NCBI GenBank assembly: GCA_965205215.1
Contig: OZ242041.1
Location: 2,016,001-2,080,000 of the forward strand
Length of the DNA: 64,000 nucleotides
Source: Nitrosopumilus sp.
Lineage (GTDB): Archaea > Thermoproteota > Nitrososphaeria > Nitrososphaerales > Nitrosopumilaceae
Direction: 5' to 3'
Shown: positions 49,419 to 59,066 of the stretch, in pieces
Layout of the letters: every line of letters starts with the position of its first letter
Numbering within the stretch: position 1 is the stretch's first letter
Position numbers and translations under genes: made by a program
Notes under the pieces: model-generated
The model's input: only the letters and a program-made list of their open reading frames with translations
Databases searched by the model: none
Told to the model about the DNA's origin: nothing

Positions 49419-50929
49419 CGCTTCCAATCCGTGATATGTCCTGACTGATGCTCCGGCCAATGGACAGGATGCAGCCGGCAGCCACATGGCGGCGCGCCCG
49501 TCACATTGGAAACAAGGCATAATAACATGATCACCTTGCGTGTTACGTGTTGCATGCATACCGCAAGTACCGGGTCGCCATATCGCTGGCGGCCGACCAG
49601 GTGCGCCTCATCGACTCGTACCGCGCTGCCCAGCGCCACGCGTACAACTGGTCCGTCGGGAGGATCATGTCGGGCGGTGCCGTAAGCGAGTACGGGCTGT
49701 ACAAGGAGCTGACGGCCAGGCGCCTGGAACAGGAGTGGATGCGCGCCGTTCCCGCGTGGATACAGCGTGCGGGCATCCAAGACGCATGCACCGCGCACAA
49801 ACTGGCAGCGAGGTCCGGCGGCGGCCTCAGGCACCGCACGAGGAAACGGCACTCCGCAATCTCCGTGAGGTGCGCGCTCGCGCCGCGCACAGTCGACAGG
49901 TACGGCATCATGCTGCCGTCGTTTGGAACTGTCCGCGCGGCCGTACCCAACGAGGTCATGGAGCACGAACCAAGATCGTACGAGTTCACCAGGACGCGGA
50001 GCGGCCGGTACGTGCTGTACGTGTCGTGCCGCGTCGGGATGCCGCCGCAGCGGAGCGTGCCCGCGGACGCGACGGTCAAGGGGGTTGACCGCGGCGTCGC
50101 GGAGCCCACGGTGGTCGTGACCATGGACCGCGGGGGAAGTGCAGTCGCAAAGGACTCCTACGACACGGCCGCGCCGTTCAGGGACGGCCGCGCGGAATAC
50201 CAAGAAATGCAGTCAAGGATGTCCAAGATGAACAGGCACTCCAACAGGTTCAGGAGGCTGCACGCGCGGCTCCGCAGGCGCCTGCAGAAGACCGGAAGCC
50301 GCCGCCAGTACGCGGAGTGCATCGCGGCCAAGCACGTGTGCGACGACCATGCACCCGGCGTGATCGTGCTCGAGGACCTCAAGGTATCAAGCATGACCCG
50401 CAGGGGGCGCGGCTCCCACAAGAGGGGGCTCAACCGCGAGATGCGCTTCGTGCGGCACCGCGCCGTCGAGCAGCGCATACGAAACCGCGCCGAGCTCGCG
50501 GGCATACAGATCATCACGGTCGACCCCAGGTACACGTCGCAGGAGTGCGCGAGGTGCGGGCACGTCGACAAGTCCTCGAGGGTGACGAGGGACATGTTCA
50601 GGTGCACCAAGTGCAGTTACGTTCAACAGGCCGACGTCAACGCGGCCATGGTAATCGGGGGATACGGCCTGCCGCCCACAGACCCCGGTGACACGACGAG
50701 AAAATGGCAGGCCACGGGGGCAGGAACGGCCCTCGTAAGACGCGAACTGGACGCGCGCCTCAACTGCTTCTCAGAGGCGGTCGGGGGCCCCGCGAGGGGG
50801 CACGAGAGCCAAGTGCCGGCGCGTTCCCTTTCCCGCAGCGGAATGGAGAAAGAACGTCAGAGTGCAGGCGTGGTGTTTGGCCGGGCTGCCGATTACGGCA
50901 TGCCCAACTAATATCACGGACTGGAAGCA
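49419..50929 (+). mobile_element. Non-autonomous TnpB-only element bounded by terminal inverted repeats
   Basis: IR GCTTCCAATCCGTGATAT (49420-49437) vs ATATCACGGACTGGAAGC (50911-50928), 17/18 match. GTTC(C) duplicated at 49415 and 50930. Confidence 0.72.
49547..50911 (+). CDS. tnpB: RNA-guided endonuclease TnpB
   Basis: RuvC-I GVDRG, RuvC-II VLEDL, TSQECARCGH/CTKC zinc finger, RuvC-III ADVNAA. All three catalytic residues are intact. Confidence 0.93.
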   Translation: MLHAYRKYRVAISLAADQVRLIDSYRAAQRHAYNWSVGRIMSGGAVSEYGLYKELTARRLEQEWMRAVPAWIQRAGIQDACTAHKLAARSGGGLRHRTRKRHSAISVRCALAPRTVDRYGIMLPSFGTVRAAVPNEVMEHEPRSYEFTRTRSGRYVLYVSCRVGMPPQRSVPADATVKGVDRGVAEPTVVVTMDRGGSAVAKDSYDTAAPFRDGRAEYQEMQSRMSKMNRHSNRFRRLHARLRRRLQKTGSRRQYAECIAAKHVCDDHAPGVIVLEDLKVSSMTRRGRGSHKRGLNREMRFVRHRAVEQRIRNRAELAGIQIITVDPRYTSQECARCGHVDKSSRVTRDMFRCTKCSYVQQADVNAAMVIGGYGLPPTDPGDTTRKWQATGAGTALVRRELDARLNCFSEAVGGPARGHESQVPARSLSRSGMEKERQSAGVVFGRAADYGMPN

Positions 50930-50973
50930 GTTCCTCAACAAGAGATAAAAGAGACGTCCGGAGACGGTGCGCC

Positions 50974-51264
50974 ATGGGGCGGCAGTGCACCAAGTGCAAG
51001 CTACAGATACAGGACTCCGAGGTTCTGGATATGGGGGCCGAGAAGTATCCCACGTGCAACAAGTGCTGGGCCGAGTGGAAAGAGTACCGCGTCATGGTCA
51101 TGAACGAGATGCGGCTTGACATGTCCATGCCGGATCACCGCAAGATGCTCCGCAAGAACGAAAAGATATTCGTCGGCGTCATGTCTCCTGACGGCGATGT
51201 CATAGATTTCACAAACGAGGACAACCGGCGCCCAGACGATCCCCCTCCCGGTTCTCAGGCCTAG
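50974..51264 (+). CDS. YggX-like Fe(II)-trafficking protein
   Basis: CW.EWK.....MNE.RLDMS....RKML. Confidence 0.8.
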   Translation: MGRQCTKCKLQIQDSEVLDMGAEKYPTCNKCWAEWKEYRVMVMNEMRLDMSMPDHRKMLRKNEKIFVGVMSPDGDVIDFTNEDNRRPDDPPPGSQA

Positions 51265-51277
51265 GGTACCCCGCCGG

Positions 51278-51742
51278 TCATGCGATGCCGACGCGCGCCT
51301 GCGCCGCATCGGGCACAATCATCCTGATCGTTCTTTGATCCCGCGCGCCGAGCGCCGATACCGCGTCCCTTACGGACGAGGCGACTGATTCCTGCTGGTC
51401 GGGGCTCAGCGTCAGGAATATGCCATATATGGCATCCATGTTAAAGGCGACCAGTCTTTCGGGGCTCTGCGAGATCTCCGCGGCGTACGCACCCACGAGC
51501 TCCGCCCGCCGGTCCTGCGGCAGGCCCGCCAGCACCTCAAGCCACGTCCTGAAGAGCTTCTCAAACCTGCCAAAATCCACGGTGGGTCCCGCCTCCAGTG
51601 CATTGCGTATGATCTCCTGCTTTTCAGGTTCCGACAGCGCAAAGAATTCGTTCATCCGCTTTGTCAATATGGGCTTTCTCAGAAAGTCCGGCAGGCTTGC
51701 CAAACTGACTATGATGTTGCCGGCAAAGTTCTCAGTCGCCAT
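51278..51742 (-). CDS. Conserved hypothetical helical protein
   Basis: LPDFLRKPIL..RM.EFF; clean ORF. Confidence 0.7.
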   Translation of the reverse strand: MATENFAGNIIVSLASLPDFLRKPILTKRMNEFFALSEPEKQEIIRNALEAGPTVDFGRFEKLFRTWLEVLAGLPQDRRAELVGAYAAEISQSPERLVAFNMDAIYGIFLTLSPDQQESVASSVRDAVSALGARDQRTIRMIVPDAAQARVGIA

Positions 51743-51922
51743 CACATGGCGGCGCCGCGGCGAGAATATAACGACTCCGCCGCGGCGGTTTCGAGGTCGG
51801 TGGCGACGGCGGTGGCAGTAGCGGCATCCAGCGCGGCCGGGCGCCTCCATGCGCGGCGCCGCGGGCACCCGGCCGGGTTGCCCCATACTACATTAATTAA
51901 GATGCAATGCGCCCGCCGTACC

Positions 51923-52927
51923 GTGGCAGCGACCGTAGTGGTTGGCGGATTCTTTGGGGACGAGGGCAAGGGCAAGATCATCTCGTACCTTGCAACCAAG
52001 GACTCGCCGGGAATCGTGGTGAGGGGCGGCGCGGGCCCCAACGCGGGGCACACCATACGGGACGGGGAAAGGACGTACAAGGTGCGCATGCTGCCAAGCG
52101 GATTCCTCAACCGCAATGCAAGGGTGATGATAGGCCCCGGCGTGGTGGTGGATCCCGACGTACTGCTAAGGGAGGTCGAGGACTTTGGCGCGCAAAAGCA
52201 GGCGTACCTGGACGCCAACTGCGGCATAATAGACCCCACTCACCGCGAGAGGGACGCGGGCGGCCGGCTCAAGGAAACGATAGGAAGCACGGGATCCGGA
52301 ACAGGCCCTGCAAACTCGGACCGCGCGATGCGCACGCTGAGGCTTGCACGCGACGTCGAGTCCCTGTCAGATATGATCGCCGACGTGCCCCACGAGATAA
52401 ACTCGGCACTTGCGGCGGGCCGAGACGTGCTGGTGGAGGGCACCCAGGGCACGTTCCTGTCGCTGTGGCACGGAACGTACCCGTACGTGACATCAAAGGA
52501 CGTGACCGCGTCAGGCATATGCGCCGACGTCGGACTGGGCCCCACAAAGGTGGACGAAGTCATGGTGGTTTTCAAGTCGTATGTCACGCGGGTGGGGACA
52601 GGGCCCCTGGAAAACGCCCTGTCTGACGAGGAGTCCTCGCAGAGGGGATGGTCGGAGTTCGGAACAGTAACCGGCAGGCCGCGGCGCGCGGCGGACTTTG
52701 ACATGAGCCTGGCCGCGCGGGCCGCGATGCTCAACGGGGCGACGCAGTTTGCCCTGACAAAGCTTGACGTACTGTATCCGGAGTGCGCGGGCGGCAGGTC
52801 GTTTGGCGACCTTCCCGCCGAAGCAAAAAAGTTCGTCTCAAGCATAGAGGACGCGCTGGGGATCCCGGCCGCCGTCATAGGGACGGGTCCCAACGTCAAG
52901 GACGTAATCGACAGGCGCGCCGCATGA
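51923..52927 (+). CDS. purA: Adenylosuccinate synthetase (short archaeal type)
   Basis: GDEGKGK, GPNAGHT, EGTQG, YPYVTS, TRVG.GP, GTVTGRPRR, TKLD. Confidence 0.97.
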   Translation: MAATVVVGGFFGDEGKGKIISYLATKDSPGIVVRGGAGPNAGHTIRDGERTYKVRMLPSGFLNRNARVMIGPGVVVDPDVLLREVEDFGAQKQAYLDANCGIIDPTHRERDAGGRLKETIGSTGSGTGPANSDRAMRTLRLARDVESLSDMIADVPHEINSALAAGRDVLVEGTQGTFLSLWHGTYPYVTSKDVTASGICADVGLGPTKVDEVMVVFKSYVTRVGTGPLENALSDEESSQRGWSEFGTVTGRPRRAADFDMSLAARAAMLNGATQFALTKLDVLYPECAGGRSFGDLPAEAKKFVSSIEDALGIPAAVIGTGPNVKDVIDRRAA

Positions 52928-53023
52928 CGGGGCCCGTGCTCGGATGGCTCTAATAGGTTTAATTTGATACTGCGCTCTGGTCTGAGTGTGGTGACGACGG
53001 CGACGGCAACAGCAGCGACAATC

Positions 53024-53773
53024 ATGCCTGCAGGCAAGGAGGACGCAGTAGGATCGGCCTCTGCTGCAGAAAGCAGAGAAGACCACCAGGGCATGCGCCC
53101 GTACTATATCCAGCTTGAGTCGCGCCTCGACTTTTCGCGGTTCGTATGCGCGCTGGAAAACGTGCCTCTTGCATGCATGGCCCACAAGCACGACGGCGTG
53201 GACATACTCTGCACCCAGATGAACATGCTGCATGGCAGGCCCATCATGTACTATGTGCCGTTTGACGGCGACGGCGACGGCGGCCCCGCAATGGGGCGCC
53301 ACCTGTACTATGGCCTGAGACGCGGGAGGGAGGAGTACGGGACGTCCTCTGCAATGTCCGACTCGAGCATGGCGTACTCCCCGATAATACGCATAAGATC
53401 GCGTCCCGAAGTACTGCTTCCGGACAACGACGCGGCGGACAGGTATCATCCCATAATACTGGAAGACCTCTCCAGCCTGGCCGGCATGATGTGGGGGCGC
53501 GGGGACTCCTCGTTTCCGCTATTCCTGTTCCGGCGCGGCCACAAGTGGCTTCTTGGCATAACGCTGGAGCAGGACCACGGCGTCGCGGAGACGCCTGCAT
53601 TTTTTGCGTACGTCGAGCTTGACTCTGATCCCGCAAAGCCGTTTCTGATGTTCTCTACGCAAAGCGACGCAGAGCCCGCGTTCGTGGACGCCCCAACCGA
53701 GCACGGCTATTCGTACATGAAGATTATTAGGCTCAAAGGCAGCCACCCACTGATAGACTATGAGGACGTTTAA
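53024..53773 (+). CDS. Conserved hypothetical protein
   Basis: Clean ORF, RFVCALE, IIRLK..HPL. Overlaps the pyrF start. Confidence 0.65.
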   Translation: MPAGKEDAVGSASAAESREDHQGMRPYYIQLESRLDFSRFVCALENVPLACMAHKHDGVDILCTQMNMLHGRPIMYYVPFDGDGDGGPAMGRHLYYGLRRGREEYGTSSAMSDSSMAYSPIIRIRSRPEVLLPDNDAADRYHPIILEDLSSLAGMMWGRGDSSFPLFLFRRGHKWLLGITLEQDHGVAETPAFFAYVELDSDPAKPFLMFSTQSDAEPAFVDAPTEHGYSYMKIIRLKGSHPLIDYEDV

Positions 53774-54518
53774 TGCCAAGCTGGCAGGCGCAACGGGACG
53801 GCGCGTGATACTTGCCTGCGACTACACGGGCCGCCCCCTGACCGCCTCCCCCGTAATACGCGACGTCAAGAGACTGTCGGCGTACATCTGCGCCATAAAG
53901 ATCAACTACCACCTGCTGCTGCCGCTTGGCGCCAGGCAGGTGTCCCGCATAACCGACGCTGCCCACGGACTCGGGCTGCAGGCCATTGCGGACATAAAAC
54001 TCAACGACATAGGCAACACCAACGATGTCGCGACTGGGATCCTGTGGGACATGGGCTTTGATGCCGTGATCGCAAACCCGATAATGGGGCTTGACGGCCT
54101 CAGGAATCTGGTCCGGTCCGCGCACGGGCGCGGCAGGGGCGTGATCACGCTGTGCCACATGAGCGCGCCGGAGGCCCGCACGTCCTACGAGATGAGGGCC
54201 CATCTCACGCCGAGGTCTAGGAACCCCCGGAGGATGCATGAGATCTTTCTTGACTGGGCGCTCGACTCGGGCGCGGACGGCGTCATAGTGGGCGCCACGT
54301 TTCCAGGTGTCATAAGGGAGTGCTCGAGGCGCATACAAAAGAGCGGACGGCGCCTGCTCATAATATCCCCCGGGGTGGGGGCGCAGGGGGCCGGCGCCGC
54401 GGATACTATACGCGCCGGCGCCGACTATGTAATCGCGGGGCGCTCCATCATACAGGCCGATGATATGGTACGAGCGGCCATGTCCATGCATCAGAGCATC
54501 GCACATGGAAGAACCTGA
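53760..54518 (+). CDS. pyrF: Orotidine 5'-phosphate decarboxylase
   Basis: ILACD, ADIKLNDIGNT, VGAT.P, SPGVGAQG, AGRSI. Confidence 0.96.
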   Translation: MRTFNAKLAGATGRRVILACDYTGRPLTASPVIRDVKRLSAYICAIKINYHLLLPLGARQVSRITDAAHGLGLQAIADIKLNDIGNTNDVATGILWDMGFDAVIANPIMGLDGLRNLVRSAHGRGRGVITLCHMSAPEARTSYEMRAHLTPRSRNPRRMHEIFLDWALDSGADGVIVGATFPGVIRECSRRIQKSGRRLLIISPGVGAQGAGAADTIRAGADYVIAGRSIIQADDMVRAAMSMHQSIAHGRT

Positions 54519-54575
54519 TTGTCACCGGGATTGCTTTTCTAGCTCTGCCCCCGGAAGAGTACGCGCGTCCTGACG

Positions 54576-55013
54576 TTACATGGCTGCCGCGTTGGCGCCG
54601 CCGTCAAGCCACGCGTCAGCGGCACCGAGCAGGCCCGCCGCCGCGGGGTACGTGACGGCGCGCACCGCGTCGCCATACTCATGCCATGCATAGTCCAGGT
54701 GCTCGTCGGACAGCGTGACGTCCCTAGCTCGGGTCTCCCCGAGAAAGAACGTCACGGTCTTGTGCACCTCGTCACTGCCGTCCAGAAACTCGTACTCGAT
54801 GCGCCTTGCAAAGCCCTCGTGCAGGGACACGTCTGAAATCCCGGTCTCCTCCCTGACCTCCCTGAGTGCCGCCTGCACATCCGACTCGCCCGGCTCCCTC
54901 TTGCCCTTTGCGAGGTCCCAGTGCCCGGCCGCGTACTGGAGTACTAGGTACAGGCGCCTCGAGTCCCGCATGCAGTACAGGACAACGCCTGCAGAGATCT
55001 CCTCCCGCGCCAT
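54576..55013 (-). CDS. NUDIX hydrolase (Ap4A hydrolase-like)
   Basis: HWD.AKG..EPGES...AALREV.EETG, LSDEH..Y.W. Confidence 0.93.
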   Translation of the reverse strand: MAREEISAGVVLYCMRDSRRLYLVLQYAAGHWDLAKGKREPGESDVQAALREVREETGISDVSLHEGFARRIEYEFLDGSDEVHKTVTFFLGETRARDVTLSDEHLDYAWHEYGDAVRAVTYPAAAGLLGAADAWLDGGANAAAM

Positions 55014-55015
55014 GC

Positions 55016-55819
55016 TCACCGGCCAAGCCTCCTCCTTCTCTTCTGGAACGTGCGGATCGCCCTCATCAGGTCTATCTTCCTGAACTCGGGCCAGAATATG
55101 TCCATGAACACAAGCTCGCTGTACGCGCTCTGCCACATCAGGAACCCGCTCAGCCGCTTCTCGCCGGACGTGCGGAGTATCATGTCCGGCGAGGGCTGGG
55201 GCAGGTGCGACGTGTAAAGGTTAGACTCTATCACGCCCCTGTCAATCTCTTCCACCTTGAGCCTGCCCTCCCTTATCTTCTCCCCTATCTTTTTCACGGC
55301 ATCGACCATCTCGTACTGGCCCCCGTATGCGAGCGCGATGTTCAGGAACCTGCAGTCATATCCCTTTGTGGCCTCCTCAAGCCGGTGCAGCACGTCGCGT
55401 ATCGTATCCGGAAGCATCCCTATCCTCCCGATCGCCTTTACCCTCATTCGGCTCCGGTGTATGCGCGGGTCGGCCAGCAGCTTTTCAAGCCTGGCCCTTA
55501 TCAGCTCAAAGAGGTCCCGCAGCTCTTGGTCGTTTCTTGACAGGTTCTCCGCCGAGAGCGCGTACAGCGTGACTATCTTGATGTCGAGCTCCTCGCACCA
55601 GTCAAGCAGGTTCTCGACCGCGTCGGCGCCCCTGCCGTGCCCGTCCCTTTCCATTGCAAGATGGCGCCTCGCCCACCTGCGGTTGCCGTCGAGTATCAGC
55701 GCCATGTGGTTCGGTATGTCCCCGGCCCTTATCTCGCGCTCAAGCCTTCCGCTGTACAGTTTGTAAAAGCCAAAGAGGCCGAACGCCGCACTCCTTATGC
55801 CTCCTGCCATGCTGTCCAA
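55016..55819 (-). CDS. uppS: cis-prenyltransferase (polyprenyl diphosphate synthase)
   Basis: ILDGNRRWA, S.ENL.R, YGG, RTSGE.RLSGF, WQSAYSE. Confidence 0.96.
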   Translation of the reverse strand: MDSMAGGIRSAAFGLFGFYKLYSGRLEREIRAGDIPNHMALILDGNRRWARRHLAMERDGHGRGADAVENLLDWCEELDIKIVTLYALSAENLSRNDQELRDLFELIRARLEKLLADPRIHRSRMRVKAIGRIGMLPDTIRDVLHRLEEATKGYDCRFLNIALAYGGQYEMVDAVKKIGEKIREGRLKVEEIDRGVIESNLYTSHLPQPSPDMILRTSGEKRLSGFLMWQSAYSELVFMDIFWPEFRKIDLMRAIRTFQKRRRRLGR

Positions 55820-55834
55820 GCATACCGAATATTG

Positions 55835-57049
55835 TTATAACTGCCTTTCCTTGCTCGGTTCCGTTTCAGCATCGCTGCCGCTGCCGCCGCCGTCTTCGTC
55901 GGCATCGGCCGCCGCGTCCTTGTCCGTCCTGCGCCTGCGATACTTCTTGAACAGGACGGACGCTATGGCCAGCGTGACTGCCAGCCCCACAATAAGCGGC
56001 GGGATCAGGGTAAAGGAGCTCTCGTCGTGGATCATGATGTTCGTAAACTGGTACGCAGTCGGATAGATTGCCACCAGGACGACCGGCCTCAGGATGTCGA
56101 CCGTATGCCTTGGCGTGCCCCCTATCAGGTTGCTCAGCAGCGAGCCGGCAAGTATGGCGCCAAGCCCTATCCACAGTATGGGCAGGGCGCCCGAGATGAA
56201 CTGCCCGATCAGCACCTTGTCCGACACCATGGCGACTATGTCCGCGTCCAGCTCCAACAGGCTTTCATCCACGGCCCCGATCCCGGCGGGGATGGACGAC
56301 ATGATGAGGATGATCCCGGTCACCATTGTAAAGATGCGTATGAACCCCATCGGCGTCGGCTTTGACAGGCTGGCCCAAGCCCTGTCTATGTCAAAGGCCC
56401 TGATCAGAAAGGCCCCTCCCAGTATGCTGATCACTGCGGCGAATATTATCTCTGTAAAGTTAAAGACCGTGGCGATGCCCGCCATCAGCAGCAGTATTCC
56501 GGGGACCCCCAGAAAGAATTTCGAGTACCGGGAGTCGTATGCGATTGTCTTCAGGTACTTTCCCAGCACCGCATACGAGTACTCCACGCTCCGGCTCACC
56601 TTCATTACGACGCGCTGCACAGACACGACGGGTAGCGCGTTCTGTATCACGGGTATGACGCTCTCGTCGTCCTCGCCGTCTGACACTATGACGGCGCCGT
56701 TTGCGCCAAACTCGCTCTGGATCTTCTTGATCTCCGCGAGTATCTTTTCGTCGGCCTGCACGCCCCTGTTCTTCACGCCCGCGACCGTGACGACCTCGAC
56801 GGTATACCCCTTGCTGATGAGATCCTCGTACGTCTTTATGGCGGCGAATATAGAGTTGGAGTCCGCGTCCTCGGGATCCTCCAGCGCCAGCCGCTGGGCC
56901 GCCTCTATGCAAGAGTCCCTCCCTATCACGGGGGTCTCGATGCCGGCCTTCTCCCCCACGTCGTTGTCCCTGTCGACGCACACCACAAGCAGCTTGCTTG
57001 CAGAAGAGGAGCTCACGTCCTTCTCGACCTTGCCTGCGCGCTGCGACAT
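55835..57049 (-). CDS. DUF373 family membrane protein
   Basis: CVDRDNDVG.K.G..TPVIGR, DPEDADSN, VSDG.DDE, C-terminal TMs. Confidence 0.92.
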   Translation of the reverse strand: MSQRAGKVEKDVSSSSASKLLVVCVDRDNDVGEKAGIETPVIGRDSCIEAAQRLALEDPEDADSNSIFAAIKTYEDLISKGYTVEVVTVAGVKNRGVQADEKILAEIKKIQSEFGANGAVIVSDGEDDESVIPVIQNALPVVSVQRVVMKVSRSVEYSYAVLGKYLKTIAYDSRYSKFFLGVPGILLLMAGIATVFNFTEIIFAAVISILGGAFLIRAFDIDRAWASLSKPTPMGFIRIFTMVTGIILIMSSIPAGIGAVDESLLELDADIVAMVSDKVLIGQFISGALPILWIGLGAILAGSLLSNLIGGTPRHTVDILRPVVLVAIYPTAYQFTNIMIHDESSFTLIPPLIVGLAVTLAIASVLFKKYRRRRTDKDAAADADEDGGGSGSDAETEPSKERQL

Positions 57050-57215
57050 GTCGTTATATAGTGCAGATTGCTTTTAACGATTTCCGGCATGCGGGCGAAC
57101 CCGCCATGTATGTGGCCTTATGCGTGAGTCCGGGCCGGCGAACGGCGGCCCTGCCGTCGATCGTCCCGCGGCCGCAAGCCCCGCGCATCCCAGACGCCCG
57201 AGGTGCCGGCGGCAG

Positions 57216-58217
57216 TCACATCCTCATGGTGAACCAGCCGCCTTGGCCGCTGCCGTCCCCCACGCGCATACTTCTCATGTATGTGAGCGCCCCCTGCTCG
57301 CCGCCCTCCCCCTCCGGCAGCAGGTTCCAGCACGAGGAGGCGGTGGCAGACACGGTGCCCGTGCTCAGCGAGTACCTGTGGGCCAACAGCTCGCAGTCGG
57401 CCCCGGGCCATTGGCCCCTGCACCCGATGCACAGTATGTAGCGATCCCTCGGGATTGCAAGCTTTATGCGCCTGACCACCTCGTACCTCGAGTCGCCGTA
57501 CGGGACGACGTCTATGTACCCGTCGGACTCGAACACCTTGACGTTGCGCCGCATTGGCGCGCCGGCGCCCGCCATCGCGCGGATGATCATATCTGCGCTG
57601 TATTTTTTGGCGCCGGCGCCGCCGCTGTTTTTGATCGATACCTGGCCTCCGCAATATGTAACGTCGTATTCCGAGATCATGTCGCTTGACTCGATCGCGT
57701 TAGTGACAAACTCAACGTGATCGTTATTTGCACGAGTTTGGCTTGCCTCCGCATCGCTCAGCGCCCTGATGTCGGTCCCGTTGCAATATCCGACACGCGT
57801 GTCATCCCAGTATTCGGGCCTTATCATGTGCCGGAGCTCCGCGGCCATCGATTCGTGGCCGCTCCTTGACGCGATTCCGACTATAATTCCGCCGCGCATA
57901 ATTCTTTCAAGCTCGGCGCCAATCTCCTTGAGCGGCATGGTGTGTCCGCCGCCGTAATCGCGCAGCACCCCCTCGTATCCGAATATTATGGCGCCGAACT
58001 TTTTGGAGCTTAGATCCCCCACGAACCGGGTCAGGAGCCTGGCCCGGGTTATGCCCCGCGAGTCGGACATCTCGTCACCGCCAAACTTTCTGCGGAGCGC
58101 CGTCATGCCCCTCCCCGTTACGACGGGCATCCCGGCCCTTGGATTACCCGCGCGCGCGTCACCGCCGTTGGAGCCACGGGTGTCGCCGATGCTGCTGCTG
58201 CTGCTGCCGCCGTTCAT
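57216..58217 (-). CDS. HAD-superfamily-like protein with degenerate catalytic motifs
   Basis: IIFGYEGVL (motif I), GIASRSG (II), ILCIGCRG.WPGAD (IV). Confidence 0.6.
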   Translation of the reverse strand: MNGGSSSSSIGDTRGSNGGDARAGNPRAGMPVVTGRGMTALRRKFGGDEMSDSRGITRARLLTRFVGDLSSKKFGAIIFGYEGVLRDYGGGHTMPLKEIGAELERIMRGGIIVGIASRSGHESMAAELRHMIRPEYWDDTRVGYCNGTDIRALSDAEASQTRANNDHVEFVTNAIESSDMISEYDVTYCGGQVSIKNSGGAGAKKYSADMIIRAMAGAGAPMRRNVKVFESDGYIDVVPYGDSRYEVVRRIKLAIPRDRYILCIGCRGQWPGADCELLAHRYSLSTGTVSATASSCWNLLPEGEGGEQGALTYMRSMRVGDGSGQGGWFTMRM

Positions 58218-58284
58218 GCCCTTGGAGCCTGCGGTGCCCAAATAAAGACTGGTTCGGTGCCGCAAGCCGTGGGCGCTGCCAAGA

Positions 58285-58815
58285 CTACGCGGGAGGCCTT
58301 GCGGCATCGGATCTCTTGACGTACTCGTCGGACTCTGAGAGCAGGGACTCTGTCCTCTGGAGCGACTCGCGCAGGTGCGCGTCGGAGATGCCGTCCGGTC
58401 CCCCCTCTTCGATCAGGCTGGCCACCGCCTGGGTCTCTGCCACGTACGTGTTAAACGACCTGAGCGCCTCGCCGTACAGTATGTAACTTTCCTGCCACTC
58501 CTCCGGGGGCTTTGAGGTGATGAACTCGCGTATCTGCATGGCAGTCTGCGTCGAGGTGGTCTCCGAGCTTCTTGTGTACTGGGCCGCCGTGATCTCGCCG
58601 TCCAGTAACATCTCAAACTCGATCGCGGTGGATTCGACCAGAACCTCGTGTATGTTCTTGACGCTGTCAAGGTACTCCTTGTGGTCTGATATCACAAAGG
58701 TGGCCTGGTTTGACGCGCCGCCGCCACCGCTCCCCGGCAGCCAGGCCAGAAAACTTGCGCCGGTAATGCCGGCCAGTATAACCGCCGTTATGACAATTCC
58801 CCGTTTGGAGGCCAA
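58285..58815 (-). CDS. Membrane-anchored hypothetical protein
   Basis: TM N-terminus, PPEEWQESY, ends ARP. Confidence 0.7.
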   Translation of the reverse strand: MASKRGIVITAVILAGITGASFLAWLPGSGGGGASNQATFVISDHKEYLDSVKNIHEVLVESTAIEFEMLLDGEITAAQYTRSSETTSTQTAMQIREFITSKPPEEWQESYILYGEALRSFNTYVAETQAVASLIEEGGPDGISDAHLRESLQRTESLLSESDEYVKRSDAARPPA

Positions 58816-59066
58816 TACCGGTTGTCAGTGCACGTAACTTATAATTCGTGGGCGCGACATCATGCGGCTATTCTGATCAAAAAATCCACGAAATGCCCGC
58901 AATACGTGCAATTCTTGTATTATTGCATTATAAAACGCACGATTCAGCGATTTCCCCCCTTCTAGAGGAACCCGAAGGGCGGAATTTATACATAAAAAAT
59001 TAATTATATTGTTAAACAAATTTCACTGACTCTTACTATATACATGCACAGAAAAGCAATTTTGAA

